Below are positions 39,006 through 47,926 of a DNA stretch of 64,000 bases, piece after piece (position 1 is the stretch's first letter; every line of letters starts with the position of its first letter). The notes under the pieces were generated by a model, which was not told the DNA's origin, ran no database searches, and worked only from the letters and a program-made list of their open reading frames with translations. This DNA is from Elusimicrobiota bacterium (GTDB lineage Bacteria > Elusimicrobiota > Elusimicrobia > Elusimicrobiales > UBA9959), in the NCBI GenBank assembly GCA_027340875.1, contig DAIENX010000008.1, forward strand, positions 32,001 to 96,000. The letters run 5' to 3'. Both the position numbers and the translations under genes were made by a program.

Positions 39006-41165
39006 ATGAAAAATATCGTCGTATTCGCATCCGGCGGCGGCACCAACCTGCAGGCCCTTATCGACGCGGCAGCCGGGAGCAGGCTGGACGGCAGGATAGT
39101 GCTGGTGATATCCAGCAGGAAGGACGCGGTGGCCCTCGAAAGGGCAAGGAAGGCCGGCATCCCCTGCGAGGCAGTTTCCCCCAAGGATTTCGCTGAGAAC
39201 AATTTCGACAGATATCTCGCCGACGCCTGCAGGGCGCACAAGGCCGAGCTGGTCTGCCTGGCCGGCTACATGCTGAAGCTGGGCCCGGAGATGCTGAAGG
39301 AATACAAAGGCCGCATACTGAACGTGCATCCGGCCCTGCTTCCCTCGTTCGGCGGCAAGGGCTACTACGGCATGAAGGTGCACGAGGCGGTGCTGGAGGC
39401 GGGCGCCAAGGTGAGCGGGCCCACCGTGCATTTCGTCGACGAGAATTACGACCGGGGGCCCATAGTCATGCAGCAGCCGGTGCCGGTGCTCCCCGGCGAT
39501 ACCCCCGAGACGCTGGCGGCCAGGGTTAACGCCGCCGAACTGGCCATCTACCCGAAAGCCGCGGCCCTTTTCTGCGCAGGCAGGCTGTCCATCAAGGACG
39601 GCCGCGTCGAGATAGCCGGGCCCGGGCCTGAAACGGGAAAGGTCCGCAGGGCGCTGCTGTCCGTCTCCGATAAGACCGGTCTTCTGGACTTCGCCCGCGG
39701 TCTGGTGAAAGAGGGCGTGGAGCTGGTGTCGACTTCCGGCACCTATAAGATGCTGAAGGACGGCGGCGTGCCTGTGCGGGCCCTGGAGACCATGACCGGC
39801 TTCCCGGAGATGCTGGACGGCCGCGTGAAGACGCTGCACCCCATGGTGCACGGCGGCATACTTTACCGGCGCGACAATCCGGAGCACTCGGATACCGTTT
39901 TCAGGTTCGGCATTGAGCCGCTGGACATGGTGGTGGTGAACCTCTACCCGTTCGCCGAGACGGCCAAGAAGGCCGCTCCGTGGTCAGACGAACTGATAGA
40001 GAACATCGACATAGGCGGCGTGGCCCTGCTGCGGGCCGCGGCCAAGAACTGGCAGTCCGTGGCCGTGCTGACCAGCCCGGCGGACTACGCGCCGGTGCTG
40101 GCCGCGCTGGCGGAGGGGAAAGGCGCGCTGCCCGAAACCCTGAAGAAGGAACTGTCGGTCAGGGCCTTCGCCCACACGGCGGCCTACGACGGGGAGATAA
40201 GCCGTGCGCTGACCCCGGCGGCCGGATTCCCTGACAGGCTGGAGATAAGGCTGAAGAAAATCCATGACCTGCGCTACGGCGAGAACCCGCACCAGGCCTG
40301 CGCGCTCTACACCCGCGGCGAGAGGCCGCCGTTCGCCCAGCTGCAGGGCAAGGAGCTGTCCTTCAACAATATCCTGGACGCCTACGGCACGTATCAGGCG
40401 GTGCAGGACTTCGAGAAGCCCGCCTGCGTCATCTTCAAGCACGTGACGCCCTGCGGCCTCGGCACCGGCTCTGACGTGGCCGAGGCCTTCGAACGCGCCT
40501 GGCGCACCGACCCGCTGTCGGCCTTCGGCGGCATCATAGCCGTCAACCGGAAGCTGGACGGCCGGATAGCCGACTTCCTGGCGAAGAAGTTCGTGGAGGT
40601 CATCTGCGCCCCGGATTACGACGAGAAAACGCTGGAGGTGTTCTCGAAGAAGGCCAACCTGCGCCTGCTTAAGTGGGACGCTTTCCCTAAGGGACACCGC
40701 GTGCTGCGCTCGGTGGGCGAGGAAGTGCTGGTCAGCGGCGACGACGACAGGCTGCTGGGCGATAAATGGGAGGTCCCTACGAAGCGCAAGCCCACGCCGC
40801 AGGAAGAGGAGGCGCTCCGCTTCGCCTGGGCGGCCGCCAAGTACGTGCGTTCCAACGCCATAGTCCTGGCCGATCCCTGCCAGACCGTCGGCATAGGAGC
40901 CGGGCAGATGTCGCGGGTGGACTCGGTCTTCATGGCCGGCCACAAGCTGGAGGCTTTTTTGAAGGACAACCCCAGGCCGGGGACGCTGGTGATGGCGTCG
41001 GACGCCTTCTTCCCGTTCCCCGACGCGCTAGAGGAGGGGGCGAGGCTCGGCGCCACCGCGGTAGTGCAGCCGGGCGGCTCGGTGAAGGACAAGGAAGTCA
41101 TAGAGGCGGCGGACCGCCTGGGCGTGGCGATGGTGCTGACCGGCATGCGCCATTTCCGGCACTAG
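39006..41165 (+). CDS. purH: Fused PurN (GAR transformylase)-PurH (IMP cyclohydrolase/AICAR transformylase)
   Basis: One 719-aa frame: ASGGGTNLQA, LAGYM, NVHPALLP (PurN), then ALLSVSDK, GRVKTLHP, IDIGG, RYGENPHQ, KH..PCG, SDAFFPF (PurH). Confidence 0.95.
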   Translation: MKNIVVFASGGGTNLQALIDAAAGSRLDGRIVLVISSRKDAVALERARKAGIPCEAVSPKDFAENNFDRYLADACRAHKAELVCLAGYMLKLGPEMLKEYKGRILNVHPALLPSFGGKGYYGMKVHEAVLEAGAKVSGPTVHFVDENYDRGPIVMQQPVPVLPGDTPETLAARVNAAELAIYPKAAALFCAGRLSIKDGRVEIAGPGPETGKVRRALLSVSDKTGLLDFARGLVKEGVELVSTSGTYKMLKDGGVPVRALETMTGFPEMLDGRVKTLHPMVHGGILYRRDNPEHSDTVFRFGIEPLDMVVVNLYPFAETAKKAAPWSDELIENIDIGGVALLRAAAKNWQSVAVLTSPADYAPVLAALAEGKGALPETLKKELSVRAFAHTAAYDGEISRALTPAAGFPDRLEIRLKKIHDLRYGENPHQACALYTRGERPPFAQLQGKELSFNNILDAYGTYQAVQDFEKPACVIFKHVTPCGLGTGSDVAEAFERAWRTDPLSAFGGIIAVNRKLDGRIADFLAKKFVEVICAPDYDEKTLEVFSKKANLRLLKWDAFPKGHRVLRSVGEEVLVSGDDDRLLGDKWEVPTKRKPTPQEEEALRFAWAAAKYVRSNAIVLADPCQTVGIGAGQMSRVDSVFMAGHKLEAFLKDNPRPGTLVMASDAFFPFPDALEEGARLGATAVVQPGGSVKDKEVIEAADRLGVAMVLTGMRHFRH

Positions 41166-41166
41166 G

Positions 41167-42261
41167 TCAGTCCATTACCGGGAAGTAGACGGTGAAGACG
41201 GCTCCTCCGCCCGGTTTGTTGTCGGCGAAGATATGGCCGTTGTTCTGGTGGATGATGCCGTAGACGGAGGAAAGGCCGAGCCCGGTCCCCTTGCCCTTCG
41301 GCTTGGTGGTGAAGAAAGGCTCGAATATCCGGGGGAGCACGTCCTTGGGGATGCCCGGGCCGGTGTCGGAGATCTCGAATACGGCGTATTTCTCTCCTAG
41401 GAGCGAGTGCGGCACTCCGTCCGGTCCTGCGGTAAAGGTCTTTATCTTGATGGCGCCGTTGTCGGACATGGCGTCCTTGGCGTTGACGGCGAGGTTCATG
41501 ATGGCCTGCTTGAAGTGTTCCGGTTCTATCTTGACCTTGGAGGGCACCGGGTCCAGGTCGTAGGCGAGGGTGACCCCCTTGCCCAGCAGGCCGGACAGCA
41601 GCGGCTTGATCTCGTCCACCGGCTCGTTGAGCGTGGTGACCACCGGCCTGCTCTCGTGCTTGCGGGCGAAGATCATCAGGTTCTTTATCAGCGCGGCGGA
41701 TTCCTTGGAGGAGCGCAGGATCTCGGACGAGAGCTTATGGCCGACCGAGCCCTCCTTCAGGTCCTCCATGATCAGCTCCATGGAACCGATGATGACGGTC
41801 AGCAGGTTGTTGAAGTCGTGGGAGATCTGGCCCGCCAGCAGGCCAAGGGATTCCATCTTCTGGCTCTGGTTAAGCTGGGACTCCAGCTGGATCTCGCGGG
41901 TGACGTCCCGGCGGGTGGAGAAGTAGTACTGGATCTTCCCGGAGGCGTCGGTGATGGGGCAGATGCGCTGCTCGTCGAGGTAGAGGCTCCCGTCCTTGCG
42001 GCGGTTGACGAGCCGGCCGCGCCAGGGCTTGCCGGAGCGGATCGTGGTCCAGAGGTCGCGGTAGAAGGCCTGGTTATGCTCCCCGCTCTTGAGCAGACTG
42101 GCCTTCTTGCCGACCGCCTCGGCGCTGGAATAGCCGGTAAGGACCTCGAAGGCCGGATTGACGTAGAGTATCGTGGCTGTAGGGTCCGTAAGGAAGAAGA
42201 CCTCGCAGGCCTGGTCCAGTGCCACGATAAGCGCTTCCTGCAGTTCCATGCCGGTCTTCAT
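41167..42261 (-). CDS. Cytoplasmic PAS-domain sensor histidine kinase (no receiver domain)
   Basis: YVNPAF..TGYS (PAS), HDFNNLL (H-box), NLAVNA, DTGPGI, FTTK, GTGLGL. Confidence 0.92.
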   Translation of the reverse strand: MKTGMELQEALIVALDQACEVFFLTDPTATILYVNPAFEVLTGYSSAEAVGKKASLLKSGEHNQAFYRDLWTTIRSGKPWRGRLVNRRKDGSLYLDEQRICPITDASGKIQYYFSTRRDVTREIQLESQLNQSQKMESLGLLAGQISHDFNNLLTVIIGSMELIMEDLKEGSVGHKLSSEILRSSKESAALIKNLMIFARKHESRPVVTTLNEPVDEIKPLLSGLLGKGVTLAYDLDPVPSKVKIEPEHFKQAIMNLAVNAKDAMSDNGAIKIKTFTAGPDGVPHSLLGEKYAVFEISDTGPGIPKDVLPRIFEPFFTTKPKGKGTGLGLSSVYGIIHQNNGHIFADNKPGGGAVFTVYFPVMD

Positions 42262-42288
42262 GGGGATATTGTAGCAAAACTTGGCGAA

Positions 42289-42361
42289 TTTACATGTCCG
42301 GAGCTTATGTGTTAGAATTAATCGCAAGACCCGCGTCTTGCACCGACGCGGGTATTCTTTT
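42289..42361 (+). promoter_or_regulatory. purB-purA promoter and leader with alternative antiterminator/terminator hairpins
   Basis: TG-n-TAGAAT 42310-18; GCAAGAC/GTCTTGC (42324-41) overlaps ACCCGCGTC/GACGCGGGT (42329-53) followed by ATTCTTTT. Confidence 0.55.
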
Positions 42362-42370
42362 GGAGGGCAT

Positions 42371-43771
42371 ATGCCGGAGCGCAACATAAACGCGGTAAGT
42401 CCCCTTGACGGCAGGTACGCCGCTAAGATGGGGGGGCTGACGCGGGTCACCGGCGAGGCCGCCCTGGCCCGCTGCCGGGCCCTGGTGGAATGCCGCTACC
42501 TGGCCAAGCTGTGCGCGACCCCCGGGGTGAAGGCCCGCCGGCTGACTGCGGCGGAGAACGCCCTCCTGGAGAAGCTGCCCCTCCTGTCGGATTCCGACGT
42601 CAGGAAGGTCGTAGCTATCGAGGAGACCGGCGCCGGCGGCATCCCGGCCACCAGGCACGACGTCAAGGCCGTGGAGTACCTGCTGAAGGACAAGCTCCGC
42701 CGCGCCGGCATGGGCGATCTGCTGGAGCTGGTGCATTTCGGCCTTACCTCGGAGGACGTCAATAATATCTCCTACGCGCTGATCCTGCGCGCCGGCGTGC
42801 GCGGCGAGCTGATACCGGCGCTGGATTCCATACTCGCTTCTCTGGACGAGCTGGCGCTTAAGTACGCCGACGCCCCTCTGTTGGCCCGCACCCACGGCCA
42901 GCCGGCCGTGCCGACGACCTTCGGCAAGGAGTTCCGCGTCTTCCACGCCCGCCTGGCCCGCCAGGTATCCCAGCTGGGTTCGGCGCGCATCGCGGCGAAG
43001 CTCAACGGCGCCTCCGGCAACTACAACGCGCACGTGGCCGCCTACCCCGTAGTGGACTGGCAGAAGTTCTCGCGGGAGTTCATAGAGAGTTTCAACTCCG
43101 GCCCCGGGCCGGACCTGGAGTTCAACCCGTTCACCACGCAGATAGAGCCGCACGACAGCTACGCCGAGCTTTTCGACGCCCTGCGCCGCGCGAACACGAT
43201 ACTGCTGGCCTTCTGCCAGGACATGTGGCGCTACATCTCCGCCGGTCTGGTGAAGCAGAAGGCCGTGGCCGGGGAGGTCGGCTCCTCCACTATGCCGCAG
43301 AAGGTGAACCCCATACACTTCGAGAACGCCGAGGGCAACCTCGGAGTGGCCAACGCGCTGCTGGGCTTCTTCTCCGCCAAGCTGCCGGTTTCCAGGCTGC
43401 AGCGGGACCTTTCCGACTCCACGGTGGAGCGTAATTTCGGCGCCGCGCTGGGGCACTGCGTCTCCGCGTACGGCTCCATACTGACCGGCCTGTCGCGCGT
43501 TTCGCCCGACCCTGCCGCCGCGGAGGCGGAGCTGGGGTCTCACCCCGAGGTGCTGGCCGAGGGCATTCAGACCATACTCCGCCGTGAGCGGGCCAGCGGT
43601 CCCTACGAGCTGCTCAGCAAGTGCACGCGGGGCCGCAGCGTGACCGCCGCGGAGATGAACGCTTTCATAGACGGCCTCGAGCTCAAGCCCGCGGTGAAGA
43701 CCGAGCTCAAGCGCCTTACGCCCCTTAACTATACGGGGCTTTCTGCCAAGCTAGCGAGGACCAGGAGGTAA
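42371..43771 (+). CDS. purB: Adenylosuccinate lyase
   Basis: SPLDGRY, HDVKAVEY, RTHGQPA, SSTMPQKVNP, SRLQRDLSD; GGAGG SD. Confidence 0.97.
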   Translation: MPERNINAVSPLDGRYAAKMGGLTRVTGEAALARCRALVECRYLAKLCATPGVKARRLTAAENALLEKLPLLSDSDVRKVVAIEETGAGGIPATRHDVKAVEYLLKDKLRRAGMGDLLELVHFGLTSEDVNNISYALILRAGVRGELIPALDSILASLDELALKYADAPLLARTHGQPAVPTTFGKEFRVFHARLARQVSQLGSARIAAKLNGASGNYNAHVAAYPVVDWQKFSREFIESFNSGPGPDLEFNPFTTQIEPHDSYAELFDALRRANTILLAFCQDMWRYISAGLVKQKAVAGEVGSSTMPQKVNPIHFENAEGNLGVANALLGFFSAKLPVSRLQRDLSDSTVERNFGAALGHCVSAYGSILTGLSRVSPDPAAAEAELGSHPEVLAEGIQTILRRERASGPYELLSKCTRGRSVTAAEMNAFIDGLELKPAVKTELKRLTPLNYTGLSAKLARTRR

Positions 43772-43772
43772 C

Positions 43773-44789
43773 ATGCCAGTAGATATAGTGGTGGGCGGCC
43801 AGGCCGGGGACGAGGGCAAGGGGAAGATCACGGCCTACCTGGCCGCGAAGAACGATTACGACTACTCCATACGCGTCGGCGGTCCCAACGCCGGCCATAC
43901 GATCTTTTACAACGACAGGATCTACACGCTGAAGACCACCCCTGGCGGCTTCGTCAACAGGAAGACGAAGCTGGTCCTCGGCGCCGGCACCTACATAATA
44001 CCTGAATGGCTGGAGAAGGAGATGAAGCTGACCGGCACGGCCGGCCGCTTCATCATAGACCCTCACGCCGTCATAATAGAGCCGCGCCATACGGAGGCGG
44101 AGCGCGGCGACCCTCGCATGATGGGCAAGATCGGCAGCGTCGGGACAGGCCTGGGCGCGGCGGTGCGCGACAGGGTGGACCGCAAGAAGCTGATGTTCGC
44201 CAAGGACCACCCGCGCCTGAAGAGATTCGTGAAGGACGTGCCGGAGCTGCTGAACAAGGCGCTGGCCAAGGGCTCCCGGATGCTGCTCGAGGGCACGCAG
44301 GGCATGAAGCTCTCCAACCTGCACGGCGAGTACCCCTTCGTGACCTCCCGCGACACCACGGCCTCCACCTTCATGGGCGAGGCCGGCCTCGGCCCCAAGT
44401 ACGCCGGGGACGTTTACGCCGTCTTCAAGCCGTACGTCACGCGCGTCGGCCCAGGTCTGGTGGCGAAGGAGATGAAGGACAAGAAGAAGCTCAATAAGTA
44501 CCATACCGCCGGCCGAGAGGTGGGCAGCGTCAGCGGGCGACTGCGCCGGGTGGGGGAATTCGAGATGAACGTCGCGCTTCAGACGGTGCGCATAAATTCC
44601 GCCACGAAGCTCGCTATAACCCACATAGACATGCTCGAAGGCGCGGACCTGAGCCGCGGCGTGAAAAGCTTCACCGGTGAGGCGCGGAAGTTCATGGCCA
44701 CGCTGGATAAGGTCTGCGCGGCCTACCCGTATCCCAAGGTCAGCCTGATCTCGTACGGCCCTGGCCTGCACGAGGTGCTGGAGCTGTAG
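43773..44789 (+). CDS. purA: Adenylosuccinate synthetase, short (archaeal-length) form
   Basis: GDEGKGK, GPNAGHT, EGTQG, YPFVTS, TRVG.G, GR.RR; 338 aa. Confidence 0.9.
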   Translation: MPVDIVVGGQAGDEGKGKITAYLAAKNDYDYSIRVGGPNAGHTIFYNDRIYTLKTTPGGFVNRKTKLVLGAGTYIIPEWLEKEMKLTGTAGRFIIDPHAVIIEPRHTEAERGDPRMMGKIGSVGTGLGAAVRDRVDRKKLMFAKDHPRLKRFVKDVPELLNKALAKGSRMLLEGTQGMKLSNLHGEYPFVTSRDTTASTFMGEAGLGPKYAGDVYAVFKPYVTRVGPGLVAKEMKDKKKLNKYHTAGREVGSVSGRLRRVGEFEMNVALQTVRINSATKLAITHIDMLEGADLSRGVKSFTGEARKFMATLDKVCAAYPYPKVSLISYGPGLHEVLEL

Positions 44790-44850
44790 CGCCCTGCTTT
44801 CGCCGGGTTTTCAAAAAATGCTATTATTGATGGGCAGTCATACCACAAAT

Positions 44851-44922
44851 GCCGCGGTAGCTCAGTGGTAGAGCACTGGTCTGAAAAACCAGGTGTCGTT
44901 GGTTCGATCCCAACCCGCGGCA
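44851..44922 (+). tRNA. tRNA-Phe (GAA), CCA not encoded
   Basis: Full cloverleaf: GCCGCGG/CCGCGGC acceptor, GCTC/GAGC D arm, CTGGT-CTGAAAA-ACCAG anticodon arm, GTTGG-TTCGATC-CCAAC T arm. Confidence 0.97.
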
Positions 44923-44944
44923 TAGTCTATTTCGGGAGGCGGCC

Positions 44945-45313
44945 ATGACCCTCCATAACAAGATCCTGATAGCCGACGACGACGCGGAGATGCTCGAGAC
45001 CCTCAGCTCCATGCTGGAGGGGGAGGGCTATCAGGTCGTAAGGGCGGAGAACGGGGAAGAGGCCGTGGAGCTGGCGCACAAGGAGCTGCCCGCGCTCATC
45101 ATGCTCGACATCCATATGCCGAGGATGGACGGCCTTACCGCCTGCCACGAGATCAAGACGGCCGCCGTCACGAAAGCCATCCCCGTGGTCATGCTGACCG
45201 TCGAGGGCAGCATCACCGAGATACAGCAGGCCATCAATTACGGCGCCAAGACCTATATCACCAAGCCTTCCAGCAGGGAAGAGATACTGAAGGTGATAAA
45301 AAGCGTGCTCTGA
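44945..45313 (+). CDS. Single-domain response regulator (CheY-like)
   Basis: ILIADDD, LDIHMPRMDG, MLT, ITKP. Confidence 0.93.
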   Translation: MTLHNKILIADDDAEMLETLSSMLEGEGYQVVRAENGEEAVELAHKELPALIMLDIHMPRMDGLTACHEIKTAAVTKAIPVVMLTVEGSITEIQQAINYGAKTYITKPSSREEILKVIKSVL

Positions 45314-45332
45314 GCGGTAACGGCGAGGAGCA

Positions 45333-45366
45333 AAAAAACAAGGGCCCCTACGGGCCCTTGTTTTTT
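45333..45366. terminator. Bidirectional intrinsic terminator
   Basis: AAAAAACAAGGGCCC-CTAC-GGGCCCTTGTTTTTT. Confidence 0.9.
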
Positions 45367-45393
45367 ATCCGATCCGGGGAAAGCCCCCCGGAG

Positions 45394-45999
45394 TTACTGG
45401 CCGATGTTCACTACCAGGTCCTTGGCCAGCGCGTCCGTGACGTCCATGATGGCGCTCTGGATAATGGCCTCAGGCTTGGCCAGCTCGCCCATCTTTCCGC
45501 CGAAGGCGTGCTTCTCGGAGGACTTGGCCTTGCCCACGGCCCGGCCGGCGCCTATAAGCTCGCCGGTCTCCAGGTTGACCATGCGCGCCTCCACCGCCAC
45601 TTCGACTTTCCTGTCCGTTTTCTCCGCTATCTTGACGCTTCTCCATTCGTCCTTCACCGAGAGGGCGGTGACGGAGCCGAGTACCGCGAAGCGCGCGCCT
45701 ATCTGCTTGCCGACCTGGGCCGCCGTCGCGGAGTCTATCACTCCGGAGGAGGCCAGCTTCAGTTCCGCGAGGGCGGCGTCGACGCGGGCGCGCTCGACCA
45801 GCCTTACCCTGCCGGTCTTCATCAGCGACGCCGTCAGCGCGTCCTGGAGCCCGGAGACGCTGGAGGCGTACTGCGGGTCGGCGGCCGAGTAGACGAACGG
45901 CATAACGCAGGCCAGCGGGCGCTGCGCGAAAGGTATCTGGGTACTGGCGCAGGCGCCTGCGAGCAGCAGGACAGGCAGTAACGATCTGAAGTTTTTCAT
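45394..45999 (-). CDS. CsgG/HfaB family lipoprotein
   Basis: Lipobox (AGAC); LVERARVDAALAELKL..SG motif; ARMVNLETGE. Confidence 0.8.
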   Translation of the reverse strand: MKNFRSLLPVLLLAGACASTQIPFAQRPLACVMPFVYSAADPQYASSVSGLQDALTASLMKTGRVRLVERARVDAALAELKLASSGVIDSATAAQVGKQIGARFAVLGSVTALSVKDEWRSVKIAEKTDRKVEVAVEARMVNLETGELIGAGRAVGKAKSSEKHAFGGKMGELAKPEAIIQSAIMDVTDALAKDLVVNIGQ

Positions 46000-46112
46000 G
46001 CGGTCTTCTCCCCTAAAACGCGGTATGCAGAGATTCTAGCAAAAGTTCCAGCGGCGGATAGTGTAAAATATCGGTTGGGCCGGCATTCGGCCCGCTAGGA
46101 GGGTTTAAAGAA

Positions 46113-46742
46113 ATGTCCTTATCAAGATTGGCGGCCGTCCTGTCCGCGATGCTGGTCTTAGGTGCGGCTTCCGCCGCTGACTCGCGGGCGGGCTGGACCC
46201 CGTTCAAGGTGCAGACTTCGCCTGGAGGCTGGGACTGGCCGGAGGACGCCGACACGGTGGCCGGCCTTGTCTTCAACTTCAAAGGCGATACTTCCAGGAT
46301 ATACGGCCTGCAGCTGGGCTGGATAAACGGCTCCGATTCAGCCGCCGGGATCCAACTCTCGCTGGCCTACAATCTGGCGGCCGACGGCGTTTACGGCCTG
46401 CAGGCCTCTCCGGCCGTGAACTTCGCCGACCGGCAGTACGGGCTGCAGCTCGGCGCCTGGAACAGCGCCAATCGCTCCATGGGACTTCAGGCGGCCTGGC
46501 TGCGGAACTGGAGCGACCGCGGCGGGGGGCTGATGGCGGCGCCCGTGAACGTGACGAAGAGCGCGATGAGGGGGATACAGGCCGGAGTGGTCAACCGCAG
46601 CGACGGGGATATGAGCGGGATACAGCTGGGGCTGCTGAACATCTGCAGGGGCACGTTGAAAGGGCTGCAGCTGGGCTTCGCCAACATAGGCGGGCAGAAC
46701 GCGCTGCTGCCGTTCGCTATCGGCTTTAACGCAGGGTTCTAG
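46113..46742 (+). CDS. Exported protein with G(L/I)Q.G..N repeats (LA_2272-like)
   Basis: Signal peptide; about eight GxQxGxxN repeats; C-terminal Phe. Confidence 0.75.
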   Translation: MSLSRLAAVLSAMLVLGAASAADSRAGWTPFKVQTSPGGWDWPEDADTVAGLVFNFKGDTSRIYGLQLGWINGSDSAAGIQLSLAYNLAADGVYGLQASPAVNFADRQYGLQLGAWNSANRSMGLQAAWLRNWSDRGGGLMAAPVNVTKSAMRGIQAGVVNRSDGDMSGIQLGLLNICRGTLKGLQLGFANIGGQNALLPFAIGFNAGF

Positions 46743-46749
46743 GCCGCGT

Positions 46750-47925
46750 TCAGCCGACCCGCAGCAGCACGAAGTGCAGGTACTCGGATTCGGGCATGTT
46801 CAGCAGGACCTGGTGGTCTTTGGCCTGGCCGCGCAGTTCCGCTATGACCGGCGTGCGGCCTGCCCTGGCCGAGGCCGACGACAGCGTTTCCAGCAGCGCG
46901 GCGCGGGAGATGTGGTGCGAGCAGGTCGAGACCGCCAGGTAGCCGCCGCCGGGCAGGGCCTTCAAGGCGGCCGCGGCCATGCGCGAGAGCATTTTCAGCG
47001 CCTGCGGGAGATGCTTCTTGTTGCGGACGATGTTGGGCGGGTCCAGCAGGATGAAATCCGGGTTTTCCGGCAGCTGCCCGGCTTCCATGGCCTCCAGCAG
47101 GCGCTCCGCCTTCTCCTTCCTGAAGACTATCTTGTCGGCCACGCCGTTGAGCCTGGCGTTCTCCTGCGCGCCCTCTATGGCCTTCTCCGAGGAATCCACG
47201 CCCCAGACAGCGGCGGCGCCGGCCTTCGCGGCGGTGATGGCGAAGGCGCCTAGGTAGGTGTGCAGGTCGAGAACCTTGCGCCCCGCGAAGAGCGGGGCCA
47301 GCGCGGCGCGGTTCTCGCGCTGGTCGAAATACCAGCCTGTCTTCTGCGCGCCGGCCATCGGCACGCGGTAGCGCAGGCCGTTCTCCTCTATCTCCGCGGA
47401 GTCCGGCATGACGCCGAAGGCGGTCTCCTCGTAGGAGAGCAGGCCCTCGAGCTCCCGGAACTGGTGCGTGTTCTTGTAGAGGATGCCGCGCGGGCGCAGC
47501 AGGTCGGTAAGCGCGGCGGTTATCTCGCCCTTTAAAAGTTCCATTCCCGCGGAAAGTATCTCCGCGACCGCGTAGTCGCCGTACCTGTCCACCACCAGCC
47601 CCGGCAGCCCGTCGGATTCTCCGAAGCAGAGGCGGCAGGCCCGGTCAATTCCCAGCTCCTCGCGGTAGCGGAGGGCGGCGGCGAGTCGCTCGCGGACGAA
47701 GTCCCGCGGAGCCTGCGGAGTATCCTTGGCCAGCAGGCGCATCGAAATGAGGCTGCGCGGGTTGAAGAACCCTACGCCGGCCGGCCTTCCGTCGGGATAG
47801 GCCAGGCCGCAGACGGTGCCGGGGAGGATGGAGGTGTCCACGGTCTGCAGCTCGTTGGAGAATATCCAGGGATGGGCGGAGGCCCTCCGCCTTACCGCCG
47901 CGGATTTAAGTTTGAGGATGTTCAT
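46750..47925 (-). CDS. rlmI: RlmI/RlmK family SAM-dependent rRNA methyltransferase
   Basis: HPWIFSNE (PUA), ESDGLPGLVVD, QKTGWYFDQRENR, LDPP. Confidence 0.8.
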   Translation of the reverse strand: MNILKLKSAAVRRRASAHPWIFSNELQTVDTSILPGTVCGLAYPDGRPAGVGFFNPRSLISMRLLAKDTPQAPRDFVRERLAAALRYREELGIDRACRLCFGESDGLPGLVVDRYGDYAVAEILSAGMELLKGEITAALTDLLRPRGILYKNTHQFRELEGLLSYEETAFGVMPDSAEIEENGLRYRVPMAGAQKTGWYFDQRENRAALAPLFAGRKVLDLHTYLGAFAITAAKAGAAAVWGVDSSEKAIEGAQENARLNGVADKIVFRKEKAERLLEAMEAGQLPENPDFILLDPPNIVRNKKHLPQALKMLSRMAAAALKALPGGGYLAVSTCSHHISRAALLETLSSASARAGRTPVIAELRGQAKDHQVLLNMPESEYLHFVLLRVG

Positions 47926-47926
47926 A

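Noticed and set aside
43773..44789. PurZ (Z-genome) enzyme
   Set aside because: Catalytic Asp in GDEGKG is retained (Ser in PurZ); the gene follows purB with no phage, datZ or mazZ context.
44851..45400. Genomic island integrated at tRNA-Phe
   Set aside because: No integrase, no duplicated tRNA 3' end noticed, no compositional shift.
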